Source: an uncultured Acidobacteriota bacterium (lineage in GTDB: Bacteria; Acidobacteriota; JAQAZP01). From it: DNA of 64,000 nt. The notes beneath the pieces were generated by a model that saw only the letters and a list, made by a program, of their open reading frames with translations, searched no databases and was not told the origin of the DNA. The DNA lies in contig CAWIIB010000009.1 in the NCBI GenBank assembly GCA_963836075.1, positions 1,536,001 through 1,600,000 of the forward strand, in the 5' to 3' direction. This document shows, piece after piece, positions 19,017 through 31,360 of this stretch. How positions within the stretch are numbered: position 1 is the stretch's first letter; the number at the start of each line of letters is the position of its first letter. A program made the translations under genes and the position numbers.

Positions 19017-21027
19017 CTACGGCTTGATGCCTGTCACCACACTGGCATCCAGATCGGTATCCCCCGACGGCGGATAGGGCGGTTGGTTAAAGGGCGCCGG
19101 AGTCACGTCCTCGGCCTCCAGGGAGAAGATGTTTTTCCCCACCAGCGACAGCGCCAGCGGGATATTCTGGTTCCAGCTGGTGGTGTAGAACGACCCGGCA
19201 GTGATGTTGGCGTAGCCCCGCCTCCAGTTGGTCACCGACGTGCCGTTGGCCAGGGCTATATTGATCCTCGCCGCCATCCGGCGGGTCAGTCCGGAATAGG
19301 TGTTGGCCAGCCTCACCGTCATCTGGGTGGTGAAGGGCAGGGTGCCGGAGGAGGGTGAGCAGGTCAGGCTGACGGAGATGGTTCCCGTCGTATTGAGCAG
19401 CACCGAGACAACGCCATTGGTAATATTCGCCGTGGCCAGGTCGAGGTGACCGTCCAGGTCCAGGTCGTCGATGAGCACCGATTCCGGTCCGCCTCCCACG
19501 CCGTAGCTCTCCATCACCGGGAACGTGCCGTCCCCCTCCCCGTAGAGCACGGTGACGCCGAGACCGCCCTGGCACGGAACGGCTGTAGTCGACCCGGGGC
19601 AGGAAAGTGCCGTCGCCCAGGCCGAAGAATACCGATACGCCGTGGATGTATCTGTTCACTACGGCCAGATCCGTGTTGCCGTCACCATCGAGATCTTCAA
19701 GGGCCGCGGCCATTCCCGTTGAACCGATGGTGTCGTCGATGGCGATAACCGGTTGATACGTTCCATCCCCGTTGCCCATCAGCAGGGAGAGATAGCCGAT
19801 ATACGAAGCGGCCACCACCAGGTCCGGGGCTCCGTCCCCATCGAGGTCGCCGCTGGTCACGAATCTGGCGTAGCTCCTGGCGCCGAAATCCGACGCTGCC
19901 GGGTACGAGCCGTCGCCGCGGTTCAGGAATACCGAGACATTGTGACTCAGGTTGTTCGCCGTGGTGATGTCGAGAGAGCCGTCATTGCCCAGGTCATCGA
20001 GCTCGAGGGTGATCGGGCTGTTCCCGGCCACATATCTAACCGGCGTCTGGAAGGTGCCGTCACTGTTGCCGAAGTGCAGCGAGATGCTGTCCCAGTCGTC
20101 ATTGGCGGCGGCCATGTCCGGGGTGCCGTCCTGGTCCAGATCACCGATGGCCACCGACATGATGCCGCCCTCGTTGGCGACGGTGTAAGGGGCCTGGAAG
20201 GTTCCGTCGCCGTTGCCTGGCAGCACGGCGATATCCCCGGTGGCGGCAATGGCCAGGGCCAGGTCCTGCAGGCCGTCGCCGGTCAGGTCACCGATGGCAA
20301 CGTCCTTGACCACCGTGAAACCGCCGAAGGTCACCGGCATCTGGAACGTGCCGTTGCCGTTGGCCATCATCACGGAGATGGTATTGGCCTGGGAGTTGCC
20401 CACCACCATGTCCGGGTGGCCGTCATCGTTCAAATCACCGATGGCCAGTGAATCCGGAAGATCATCCACCGGATAGTGCAGACCGCCCTGGAAGGTGCCG
20501 TCACCGTTGCCCAGTCGCACCGTGACCGTGTCGGCGTACGCGTTGACCACCACCAGGTCCAGGTTGCCGTCACTGTCCAGGTGATGGAGGGCGATGGCGG
20601 AGGGGTAGTCACCGGCGGCGATCTCCACCGGATCGGAGAAGGTTCCGTCGCCATTGCCCATGAAGACCCAGGCGCTGTCGCTGTCACCCACCGCTACGGC
20701 CAGGTCGGCATTGCCGTCGTTGTCCACGTCACCGATGGCTGCGCCCGTGGGGTAGTCCCCGATGCCGAGCTCCTGTCGCTGGCCGAACTCACCACTCCCG
20801 GTGCCTGTCAGGATGAAGAGGTGGTGATCGTTGTAATTGGCCGACACCGCTGCCAGGTCGGGAATCCCGTCGTTGTCCAGGTCGCCCACGGCGTGTGACT
20901 GGACGTAGTTGCCCACCCGGTAGTTTCGCCGGGATTCGAACGTTGCGGCGCTCACCGTTGCCGACAGGATCAGACCGCATGAAACAAGGGCGATGAGGAA
21001 TGGCAATGAACAGGCGCGGGCTTTCAT
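19017..21027 (-). pseudogene. FG-GAP repeat protein copy 1 with the conserved C-terminal domain; out-of-frame internal deletion near 19580
   Basis: ORFs 19087..21027 and 19017..19550 join; only 10 Ca loops versus 14 in paralogs; about 0.5 kb shorter than paralogs. Confidence 0.7.
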
Positions 21028-23529
21028 GGTTTTATCCCGGTCAGCACACTGGCGTCCGCGCCGATGTCACCCGACGGCGGATAGGGCGGCTGGTTGAACG
21101 GCGCCGGAGTCACGTCTTCGGCTTCCAGTCTGAAGATGTTGTTCCCCACCATGGACAAGGCCAGCGGGATGTTCTGGTTCCAGTTGGTCGAATAGGACGA
21201 CCCGGCCGCGATGTTGGCATAGCCCCGCCGCCAGTTGGTTACTGCCGTGCCGTTGGCCAGGGTGATATTGATCTGGGCCGCCACCCGGCGAGTCTGGCCG
21301 GAGTAGCGGTTTTCCAAAGATACCGATATCTGGGTGGTGAAAGGCAGGGTGCCCGAGGAGGGCGAGCAGGTCAGGTTGGCGGATATCGTTCCGCTGCGGT
21401 TCAGCAGAACCGAAACGTCGTCACCGTGATAGTTCGGGGTCACCAGGTCTGTCTTGCCGTCTCCGTTCAGGTCGGCCACAGCCAGCGACCAGGGCCGTAC
21501 GCCGACTCCGAAATGCACGGCCGGATCGAAGGTGCCGTCCCCCACTCCCGGCAGTACCCGAGACGTTTGCACTGAACTGGTTGACCACCGCCAGGTCGGG
21601 CGAGCCGTCGTCGTCCAGGTCACTGATGGCCACCGCCTCAGGGTGTCTGCCGGTGGGGTAGTCGACGGCAGAGCCGAAGGTGCCGTCCCCGTTCCCCGGC
21701 AGCACCGACACATCATAGCTGTTCGCGTTGACCACGGCCAGGTCGGCCGTGCCGTTGCCATCCAGGTCGCCGGCGGCGATGAAGACCGGGTCCCAGGCCG
21801 CCAGCGGGAACTGGACAGCGGTGGCAAAGGTCCCGTCGCCGTTGCCGAGCAATACGGATATGTCGCCGGACTCATAGTTGGCCGCAGCCAGGTCCGGGAC
21901 CTCGTCGCCATTGTAGTCGTCCACCGCCACCGCCCGGGGATCGGTTCCGGCACCATACGCCACCATGGCGCCAAATGTGCCGTCACCGTTCCCGATGAAG
22001 ATGGAGAGTTCATTGCTTCCAGAGTTGGCCGTGATCAGGTCGGGAATACCGTCCTGGTCGAGATCATCGATGGTGACATGTTGTGGTCCACCGACCACCG
22101 CATAGTCAACGGCGGCCTGAAAGCTGCCGTTTCCCATGGACAGAAGTACCGAGATGGTCTGGTCCCCGCCATTGGCTGCCACCAGATCGTGATTTCCGTC
22201 ACCATCCAGGTCGCCGGCGGCAACCGAATTCGGATGTTCGCCAACATCGTGGAATGTGGCCGCCTGGAAGGTGCCGTCCCCGTTTCCCAGGAGAACGGAG
22301 AGGTTGTCGTCGAGGCTGTTGGCCACGGCCAGGTCCTGAATCCCGTCGCTGTTCAGGTCACCCACGGCCACCGAGAACGGTTCTTCACCCGTTTCATACC
22401 TTGACTCGACCGGAAAGGTGCCGTCCCCGCTGTTGAAGATCACTGATACAAGAAGCCCCCCCCAGTTGCCCACCGCCAGGTCGGGATCACCGTCCCCGTC
22501 CAAATCATCGATGGCCGCACACCTCGGCGAGGAGCCGGCCAGATACTCCGCGGCCGTGGCAAATGTGCCGTCCCCGTTCCCCGGGAAAACAACGACGCTT
22601 TCGCTGCCAGAGCTGGTCACCACCAGGTCTCTGGAATCGTCACCGTTCAGGTCAACGATAGCGATTGAAGTCGGGGCTGTCATGGATCCGAAGATAAACG
22701 CGGTCGCCCCGAAGGTGCCGTCACCGTTGCCCGGGAGGATGGACAGGGAATCGCCGAGGAAGTTCACCACGGCGAGGTCCAGATGGCCATCGCCATCGAG
22801 GTCGCTGGCGGCGGCATCGTATGGCCTGTCGCCCACCACATAGTCCACCATCGCTCCGAAGGTCCCGTCACCGATGCCGGGGAGGACCGAAACCTTGCCG
22901 TTGTCCTGATTCACCACCACCAGGTCGGGAACAGTATCACCATTCAGGTCCTCGGTGAGCACGTCCACGGGGGCAGGACCAACGGGAACGTTCATCGCCG
23001 TGGAGAAGGTGCCGTCCCCCACGCCCAGGAACACCGACAGATCGTCCGAATAGCTGTTCCCGGTAACCATGTCCGGATGACCGTCGCCGTTCAGGTCGTC
23101 CACGGCCATTGCCACGGGAACGGAGCCCGCGGCGTAGGTCACGGCATCGGCGAATGTCCCGTCCCCGTTGCCCAGGAACACCGAAGCGGTATCGGTCCAC
23201 CCGCTGGCCACAGCCAGGTCCGGCACCTTGTCGTGGTTCAGGTCGGCGATGACCACGTCTTCGGGAGCATTGCCGGCCGTGTAGTAGACGGCGGGCTGGA
23301 AATAGCCGCCGCCCGTTCCCAGCAGGACGGCGATACAGTCGTTTGGTGGAATCACCGTCACCAGATCGCGAATGCCGTCACCATCCAGGTCGCCCGCCAC
23401 CACCGCGCTGGCCCCGCCGTTCAGCAGGAAATCGAGCCGGGCCTCGAACAGTTGAGCGCTCACTGTCGCTGTAAACATGACGGAAAGCAGGAGCGAGACG
23501 ATGATGAACAGGACATTACGTTTTTTCAC
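21024..23529 (-). CDS. FG-GAP repeat protein copy 2 (14 repeats + conserved C-terminal domain); +1 frameshift near 21558
   Basis: GTG start after GAGGAG and a signal peptide; removing one G in TCGGGTA restores VSVLPGVGDG. Confidence 0.8.
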
Positions 23530-23564
23530 GGCGACTCCTCGAATCAATGAATATCGATGTGGAC

Positions 23565-26078
23565 CTACGGTTTTATCCCGGTCAGCACATCGGCATTCAC
23601 GCTGGTGTCCCCCGACGCCGGGTAGGGCGGCTGGTTGAATGGCGCCGGGGTGACGTCTTCGGCTTCCAGGGTGAAGAAGTTGCCCCCCACCAGTGACAGG
23701 GACAGTGGGAGGTTCTGGTTCCAGCTGGTCGTGTAGGACGATCCCACTGCGATGTTGGCGTAGCCCCGCCGCCAGTTGGTGACCGAGGTGCCATTGGCCA
23801 GGGCGATGTTGATCTGTGCCGCCACCCGCCGGGTCTGCCCGCCATACATGTTTCGCAGCTCCACCGTCATCTGGGTGGTGAAGGGCAGGGTACCCGAGGA
23901 GGGCGAGCAGCTCAGGTCGGTAGAAATCGTGCCTCTGGTGTTAAAAAGAATGGAAACGTCGTGGCTGTCGAAGTTGCCCACGGCCAGGTCGGGTTTGCCG
24001 TCCTCGTTCCAGTCGGCGACGGCGATGGTTCTGGGGTCGGCGCCGGCGCCAAACGTGATGACATCCTTGAATGAGCCGTCCCCGATGCCCCGGTAGATGG
24101 AGACGAGGCTGTCGGTGCCGTTGGCCACTGCCAGGTCGGGGTGGCTGTCACCGTCCAGGTCTTCGATGAGAATCGAGCGGGGCTCCATGGCGGAATCGTA
24201 AGTCACCCCCGTGCCGAACGTGCCGTCCCCGTTGCCGATGAACACCGATACGGCCCATAACAGGCCAATTGCCACCTGGTTCGACACGGCCATGTCGGGA
24301 ACACCGTCATGGTTCAGGTCCTCGATGGCGATGCCATTGGGGACATTGAATGCGCCGTAGGTCGCCGGCCACTGAAAGGTGCCGTCCCCGTTGTTCAGCT
24401 GAACCGAAACATCCCACTGTCCCGAGGTTGCAACAATGTCCTGGTCGCCATCACCATCCAGGTCCTCAAGAGCGACGAATCTGGACCATGCTCCAAGGCC
24501 GATGGAAGTGGCCGGCTGGAAGGTGCCGTCCCCGTTGCCGCGGAAAAACACCAGCGTGTCAAGCTGGTATTTGACCACGACCAGGTCTGTGGCACCGTCA
24601 TTATCCATGTCGGCGAGGGCGAGACCCTGGGGATAGGTTTCGATGGGGTAGTCCACCGCGGCCATATACGTGCCGTCGCCGTTGTTCAGCAGAATTGAAA
24701 CGTCAAAGCTGTATTCATTACCCATGGCCAGGTCCGGGGCTCCATCCCCGTTTAAATCGGCGGCGGCGAGATATGCCGGCCCATCGCCCACCGCATAGGT
24801 CACCCCTGGTTGGAAAGTGCCGTCTCCGTTGCCCCGCAGGGTCAGGATCTGATCATCCTGGTAGATTCCCAGTGCCAGGTCCTGGTGTCCGTCCCCGTCC
24901 AGGTCAAGGGCGGTTACGGACGTTGGAAAATCTCCCACTGCAATGTTCAGGGGAGACTGAAATGAGCCATTCCCCTTGCCCAGCAGTACCGAGGTTGTAT
25001 CAGACCACCGGTTGGCCGTGGCCAGGTCCAGGTTGCCGTCTCCGTTAAAATCATCGATTCCGATGGAACGGGGCTCATTGCCAACACTGAAATTTTCGGC
25101 GGCCTGGAATGTTCCGTCACCGTTGTTCAGCAACACCGAGATGTCATCACTGCCGACATTGACCGAGATCAGGTCCGGGTGACCGTTGTTGTCCAGGTCT
25201 CCAGTGGCCATCTCGATGGGATAATCGCCGGCCGCGAAGGCGGTCGGGCTACCGAAGGTGCCGTCCCCCATACCCCAGAGAACTGAGACGGTGGCGACAG
25301 TGACGTTAGCCACGGTAAGGTCCAGCACCCCGTCATCGTCCAGGTCGTCGAGAGCCACGCTGATCGGGTGTTCGCCGGCGGCGAACGCGGTCCCGGCTCC
25401 GAAGGTGCCGTCTCCAGCACCGAGAAAAACCGAGACGGTGGTGCCGCCATCGTAGCCAATGACCAGGTCGATGTTTCCGTCACCGTCCAGGTCACCGGCG
25501 GCCAGGGACCAGGGATCGTTGCCCACGGCGTAACTCACTCCCGGTTGAAAGGTGCAGTCACCATTGCCCTGTAGAATGTAAAACTCTTCCGGAGATTCAT
25601 CGATGGAGGCCAGGTCGGGGATCCCGTCGTTGTCGAAGTCGCTGATAACGGTATAGAGAGGCTGGCTACTCACGGTCGCTTCGATGGGGGCCTGGAATGT
25701 CCCGTCCCCGTTGCCCGGGAAGACCGCGATATCGTGGTCATAGGAGCCAGTCACCACCAGGTCGAGAATGCCGTCGTTGTCCAGATCCCCCAGGGTACTG
25801 GACCAGGGGCCGTTCCCCACCGGGAACAGGGTTGAATTGCCGAAGGTGCCGTTACCGTTGCCCAGCAGGATGGCAACTGCCCCGTCAGCCTCCGCCGTCC
25901 CGACCAGGTCCGGACGGCCGTCCCCGTTCAGATCACCGGTGACGACGGATGCCGGGTTCCAGCCGATGGGATAGTCGACTCGTGTGTCGAATATCGTCGC
26001 TTGCGCGGTCGTTACCGGAAGGAGAAGGCAAGCGGCAGCTAAGATCGTGATCATCGCACTTTTGAATGTTTTACTCAT
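23565..26078 (-). CDS. FG-GAP repeat protein copy 3 (14 repeats + conserved C-terminal domain)
   Basis: Intact ORF; signal peptide from MSKTFK; 14 DxDxDG-type loops counted. Confidence 0.9.
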   Translation of the reverse strand: MSKTFKSAMITILAAACLLLPVTTAQATIFDTRVDYPIGWNPASVVTGDLNGDGRPDLVGTAEADGAVAILLGNGNGTFGNSTLFPVGNGPWSSTLGDLDNDGILDLVVTGSYDHDIAVFPGNGDGTFQAPIEATVSSQPLYTVISDFDNDGIPDLASIDESPEEFYILQGNGDCTFQPGVSYAVGNDPWSLAAGDLDGDGNIDLVIGYDGGTTVSVFLGAGDGTFGAGTAFAAGEHPISVALDDLDDDGVLDLTVANVTVATVSVLWGMGDGTFGSPTAFAAGDYPIEMATGDLDNNGHPDLISVNVGSDDISVLLNNGDGTFQAAENFSVGNEPRSIGIDDFNGDGNLDLATANRWSDTTSVLLGKGNGSFQSPLNIAVGDFPTSVTALDLDGDGHQDLALGIYQDDQILTLRGNGDGTFQPGVTYAVGDGPAYLAAADLNGDGAPDLAMGNEYSFDVSILLNNGDGTYMAAVDYPIETYPQGLALADMDNDGATDLVVVKYQLDTLVFFRGNGDGTFQPATSIGLGAWSRFVALEDLDGDGDQDIVATSGQWDVSVQLNNGDGTFQWPATYGAFNVPNGIAIEDLNHDGVPDMAVSNQVAIGLLWAVSVFIGNGDGTFGTGVTYDSAMEPRSILIEDLDGDSHPDLAVANGTDSLVSIYRGIGDGSFKDVITFGAGADPRTIAVADWNEDGKPDLAVGNFDSHDVSILFNTRGTISTDLSCSPSSGTLPFTTQMTVELRNMYGGQTRRVAAQINIALANGTSVTNWRRGYANIAVGSSYTTSWNQNLPLSLSLVGGNFFTLEAEDVTPAPFNQPPYPASGDTSVNADVLTGIKP

Positions 26079-26135
26079 CGTTGCTCCAGTGATGATTCCT
26101 GATGATGGCAAATTACGTATTTCAACAAACATACC

Positions 26136-28638
26136 TTATGGCTTTATGCCAGTCACTATTCCGGCATCAATGTCGGTGTCGCCCGATGGCGGGTAGGGCG
26201 GCTGGTTGAAGGGCGCCGGGGTGACGTCCTCGGCCTCCAGGGTAAAGAAGTTGCCCCCCACCAGTGACAGGGACAATGGGAGGTTCTGGTTCCAGCTGGT
26301 GGTGTAGTGCGACCCTGCCCCGATGTTGGCGTAACCCCGTCGCCAGTTGGTCACCGAAGTGCCGTTGGCCAGGGTGATGTTGATAAGTGCCGCCATCCGG
26401 CGGGTCTGCCCGGGGTAGCGGTTCTCCAGCTTCACCGTCATCTGGGTGGTGAAGGGCAGGGTGCCGGATGCAGGCGAGCAGGTCAGGTCGGCGGATACCG
26501 TGCCGCTGCGGTTGAGCAGAACCGAAAGATCGTTGCTGAAATAATTCGCCGTCACCAGGTCAGCTTTCCCGTCATTGTTCAGGTCGGTGATGTCCACCGA
26601 GAGCGGTTGTCTGCCCACTCCGAAAGCGATGGTCGGATTGAACGATCCGTCCCCGTTGCCCGACAGCACCGAGACATCGAAACTCCACTCGTTGGCCACG
26701 ACGACGTCCGGGATGCTGTCATTGTCGACGTCATCGATGGCCACCGAGAAAGGCTGGCAGCCGGCTCCGGTACTCGATGGCCGCCCCGAAGGTGCCGTCA
26801 CCGATCCCCGGCATCACCGAAACAGATTGCCGGTGCTGGTTTGCCACCACCAGTTCCGGGGCGCCGTCGCCGTCCAGGTCGCCGGCCGCGATTGAACGGG
26901 GATTCCACACGTAGAGCAGGTACACCACCGGGGTCATGAACGTGCCGTCGCCATTGCCCAGCAGAATGGAGACTTCCCCGCTGCCATAGTGTGAGGTCGC
27001 CAGGTCCGGGGCACCGTCGCCGTCCAGATCTTCGATGACAAAGGTACTCGGAGCTTCGCTGAAGCTGTAGCTCACTGCCGCCCCGAAGGTGCCGTCCCCG
27101 TTGCCGAGAAATACCGTGAGCTGTCCAGGGTAGTTGCTCACCACCAGGTCCGGGGCGCCGTCCGCGTCCAGGTCTTCAGCTTTGATCGAGGAAGGGCTGT
27201 CCAGGGATCCTAAGGTCTCAGCCGGCTGGAAAGACCCGTCACCATTGGCCAGCAGGATTGAAATATTGTCGGAATAGTAATTTGACACGGCCAGATCGGG
27301 ATAGGAGTCCCCATCCAGGTCTTCGATGGCTACGGATCTGGGGTGATCGCCCACAGGGTAGTCCACGGCAGATTGAAATGTGCCGTTGCCGTTGCCCAGG
27401 CGCACCGAGACGGTATCGACATCGGTGTTGACCACGGCCAGGTCCGGGAAACCGTCACCATCCAGGTCAGCCGGTTCCATTGAAAAGTCGCCGGGAGCGA
27501 TACCGACCCGTTCGTCCACCGGGAAGGTGCCGTCTCCGTTCCCCAGGTGCACGGAGACCATATCACTGTTGTAATTGGTCACGGCCAGATCCGCCGTTCC
27601 GTTTCCGTCAAGGTCGCTGAAGGTGATTGACGATGGGAAATGCCCCACCAGGTACTCTCCAGCCGCCACGAATGTGCCGTCGCCGTTTCCTGCAAGCAGC
27701 GTGACCAAGTCTGCGCCGCCACCGAGGATGACGGCCAGATCCTGGTCGCCGTCCTGATCCAGGTCTTTGGTGGCCACGGCCGAGGGCGTGTCGCCAACCG
27801 CGATGTGCAAAGCGGCCCCGAAGGTGCCGTCGCCGATTCCCGGCAAAACGGAAACGTTGTCACCATTCTCGTTGGCGGTCACCAGGTCAGGAATACCGTC
27901 GCCATTCAGATCGCTGACGGCAACCTCCCGCGGTCTCTCATCCGTTGCGTACTCCACCGCGGCCACGAAGGTGCCGTCGCCGTTGCCGATGAGGATCGAG
28001 ACGCTGTCGCTGAACCAGTTGGCCACGGCCAGGTCGGGTGCCCCGTCGTCATCCAGATCATGGATGACTACGTTCTCGGGATATGATCCAACCGCATAGA
28101 TGACTGCTGTCCCGAAGGTGCCGTCACCGTTGCCCGGATGAACCGAAATAGCGTGATCACCGGAGTTCACCACCACCAGATCCGGGATATCGTCGGCATC
28201 CAGGTCATCAATGGCGATTGAAGCGGGATGCTCGCCAACCGCGAAGTTTGTTGACGCCTGAAAGGTCCCGTCGCCGTTGCCCGGCAGGACCGAGATGGTA
28301 TCGTCATAGCCATTGGCCACCACCAGGTCGGGAATACCATCTCCGTCCAGGTCGTTGATCACCACGGTATTCGGACCATCACCGGTGCTGTAGTGCACTG
28401 CCTCCTTAAAGGTGCAGTCACCGATGTTGAGCAGCACGGAAACATCGTCGGTGCCCAGATTCGCGACGACCATGTCAGAATGGCCATCACCATTGAGGTC
28501 GCCAGTATCCACTGACAGCGGGTCGTCACCCACCATGAAGCCCAGACGTGCTTCGAAAAGCCGGGCACCCGTGGCCGGACTGGCAGCGCAAAGGAACAGC
28601 AGCAGGATGAAGAACAGACAGGTATGGCGAATGCTCAC
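26136..28638 (-). CDS. FG-GAP repeat protein copy 4 (14 repeats + conserved C-terminal domain); +1 frameshift near 26770
   Basis: GTG start after GAGGAG; removing one C in TACCGGA restores IEYGAGCQPFSV. Confidence 0.8.
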
Positions 28639-28772
28639 GGCGACTCCTCGGGGAAACGAACTGTATAAATGATTGAATACGTGGCAGATCCTTCACGCAA
28701 ACCGATGCGAGGAAACCGGATGGCGGATAGGTTTTGTCCGTCACCATCCGGGCACAACTTTTATCTTATTGA

Positions 28773-28802
28773 AATATAGGGCTGTTATCCGTGATAAGTC
28801 AA
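28773..28802 (-). promoter_or_regulatory. Sigma70-like internal promoter of the FG-GAP array
   Basis: TTGACT-18 bp-TATATT in the AT-rich spacer between copies 5 and 4. Confidence 0.45.
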
Positions 28803-28818
28803 GGATTTGCCTGATGTT

Positions 28819-31320
28819 TCACGGCGCCACCCCGGTTGCCGTGCAGCTGTCCGTGTCCGTGTCCCCCGCCGGCGGGTAGGGCGGCAGGTTGTAGGGGGGT
28901 GGCGTGACGTCGGCCACGGTCAGGTCGAACAGATTCACTCCCGCGAGGCTGGGCAGGTCGGGGATTGTCTGTGACCACTGTTTGATGTAGACCTCCCCCG
29001 CCATGACGTTCTGCCAGCCCCGGCGCCAGTTGGAATAGAACTGACCGCCGGCCGTGGTGACATCGATGATGTACTGCAGGCGTCGGGTCTGGTCCTGACA
29101 GAGGTTGGTCATGGTGGCCTGGAACAGCGAGGCGAAGGGCAGGGTGCCTGAGGAGGGCGTGCAGGTCAGGTCCGCCCTGATTGTGGGCCAATAACCCACT
29201 CTTGCGTTGAGTAACACCGAAAAGTTTCCCGTATGTCGATTCACCACCGCGAGGTCGGGGCTGTCGTTGCCGTCCATATCTTCCAAGGCCACAAATCGCG
29301 GTTCGGTGCCGGCAAGGTAATTGGCCTCCAAAGTGAATGTGCCATCGCCGAATCCGGTGAGGACCGAGACAGACCCGCTCATTAAGTTTGCCACAACCAG
29401 ATCCAGTCGTCGGTCACCATCCAGATCTTCTATTGCGATCCAACGCGGATCTTTTCCGACCGAGTAGTGTGCCGCAGGAAGGAACGTTCCGTCCCCGTAG
29501 GCCAGCAACACGGATATAGAGTCTCCGCCATTATTCGCCGTGACCAGGTCGCTGTGGCCGTCGTCATTCAGATCATCGATGGCGATCGATAGGGGACTTT
29601 CGGCGACGCCGTATGACACGGCCGTCTGGAATGAACCATCCCCAACGCCCAGCAAGACGGAAACGTCGTCACTCTCCCAGTTCGCCGTCACCAGATCGGG
29701 GATGCCATTACCGTCCAGGTCATCAACTGCAATCGAATAGGGATTCATACCGGCATCAAAGTACACCGGCGATTGGAAAGAACCGTCCCCGTTGGCCAGC
29801 AGGACGGAGGCGGCCCCGGTACTGTTTGACGTGACCAGGTCGGGTTTGCTGTCATTATTCAGGTCGTTGATGACGATGGTTCGGTTTCTCCCCGGAACCT
29901 CATAGTCCACAGTTGCTGCGAAGGTGCCGTCCCCGTTGCCCAGAAGGACTGAGACATCATAACTGCCAACGGCAAGGTCAGGGATACCGTCTGCATTCAG
30001 GTCCCCGATGGCCACCGAATACGGATATAGCCCGGCACTAAATGTCATTCTCGTTCCGAAGGTGCCCTCTCCCTGGCCAAGACGCACCGAGACGATGGAG
30101 CCATAAATCAAGGTCTCGACGATGTCTGGAATCTCATCACCGTCAAGATCACCTATGGCAACCGATGTGGGTGTGTATCCTTCGTATTCAACACCGTAAT
30201 GAGTGGCGGAAGGGAAAATGGGGTCGTCGCGGATGGTCAGGATTGTGAAAGAGTCGATGACCCCATTGGTCACCACCAGGTCCGGAATACCATTATTGTC
30301 CATGTCCCCGATGGCCATCGCCAGGGGTGAGTATCCCGCAGGATATCGGCCACCGCCGGAGAGTGTGCCGCTCGCATTACCCAGGCCCACCAGGACATCA
30401 TATGAATCCTCGCTGGCTACCGCCACGTCAAGTTTGCCGTCCTCATTCAAATCGCCGATGGCCACCGAGGTCGGCTCATCTCCTGCCAGGTGAAAATCGT
30501 CGCGGGGAAAGCCGCCGGTCCCATCACCGTAGTGTATCGACAACTCGTCACTGAATGAGTTGGTCACGGCGAGGTCCGGGTAACCATCGCGGTCCACATC
30601 GCCGATGGCTATATCGCTGGGCCTGCGGCCCGCGACAACGGCAACCGGGGGCAGGAAACTGCCGTCTCCACTGCCAATGAACACCCAGACATTATTTCCG
30701 CTGAAAATGTTGTTCGCCACGGCAAGGTCCGGCGTGGTATCGCCATTGAGATCACCGATGGCAACCGCTACAGGATAGTCTGCTACCGGATAGTGAACGG
30801 CCGTTGGAAACGTTCCATCACCGGTACCCAAAAGAACGGAGATATCATCACTGTCGATATTCGTTGTCACCAGGTCCAGATTACCATCACCGTCCAGATC
30901 GTCGATGGCCACCGACCAGGGACCAGTGCCCGTGGAAAATGATCCGCCCACCTGAAATGAGCCGTCCCCAACTCCCAACAGGACAGAGACATGGTCGCTG
31001 TCCTTGATTGCAAAAGCCAGATCCGGAACGGTGTCATTGTCCAGATCACCGATGGCCACTCCAGACGGCATACCACCAACCCCGTAATTCACAGCGGCCA
31101 TGAATGTCCCGTCACCATTGCCCAGCACAACGGAGAGATCAGAACTCTGGTGATTTGCGGTGACAACATCAAGATTGCCATCATCATTCAGATCTTCAAC
31201 GGCCACCGAATATGGCTGCTCGCCTACATCAAAGAACATGCTGGAATTGAATATCTGCCCCTTGGCTGCCGGTGCTTGAGCGAGAAGCACGGCGAGGGCC
31301 AGGATGCCGAATTTGCTCAT
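28819..31320 (-). CDS. FG-GAP repeat protein copy 5 (14 repeats + subtype B C-terminal domain)
   Basis: Intact ORF; signal peptide from MSKFG; ends DTDSCTATGVAP. Confidence 0.9.
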   Translation of the reverse strand: MSKFGILALAVLLAQAPAAKGQIFNSSMFFDVGEQPYSVAVEDLNDDGNLDVVTANHQSSDLSVVLGNGDGTFMAAVNYGVGGMPSGVAIGDLDNDTVPDLAFAIKDSDHVSVLLGVGDGSFQVGGSFSTGTGPWSVAIDDLDGDGNLDLVTTNIDSDDISVLLGTGDGTFPTAVHYPVADYPVAVAIGDLNGDTTPDLAVANNIFSGNNVWVFIGSGDGSFLPPVAVVAGRRPSDIAIGDVDRDGYPDLAVTNSFSDELSIHYGDGTGGFPRDDFHLAGDEPTSVAIGDLNEDGKLDVAVASEDSYDVLVGLGNASGTLSGGGRYPAGYSPLAMAIGDMDNNGIPDLVVTNGVIDSFTILTIRDDPIFPSATHYGVEYEGYTPTSVAIGDLDGDEIPDIVETLIYGSIVSVRLGQGEGTFGTRMTFSAGLYPYSVAIGDLNADGIPDLAVGSYDVSVLLGNGDGTFAATVDYEVPGRNRTIVINDLNNDSKPDLVTSNSTGAASVLLANGDGSFQSPVYFDAGMNPYSIAVDDLDGNGIPDLVTANWESDDVSVLLGVGDGSFQTAVSYGVAESPLSIAIDDLNDDGHSDLVTANNGGDSISVLLAYGDGTFLPAAHYSVGKDPRWIAIEDLDGDRRLDLVVANLMSGSVSVLTGFGDGTFTLEANYLAGTEPRFVALEDMDGNDSPDLAVVNRHTGNFSVLLNARVGYWPTIRADLTCTPSSGTLPFASLFQATMTNLCQDQTRRLQYIIDVTTAGGQFYSNWRRGWQNVMAGEVYIKQWSQTIPDLPSLAGVNLFDLTVADVTPPPYNLPPYPPAGDTDTDSCTATGVAP

Positions 31321-31360
31321 TTCATCCCCTCTCTTCCGCACATATCATCCAACATCACTG

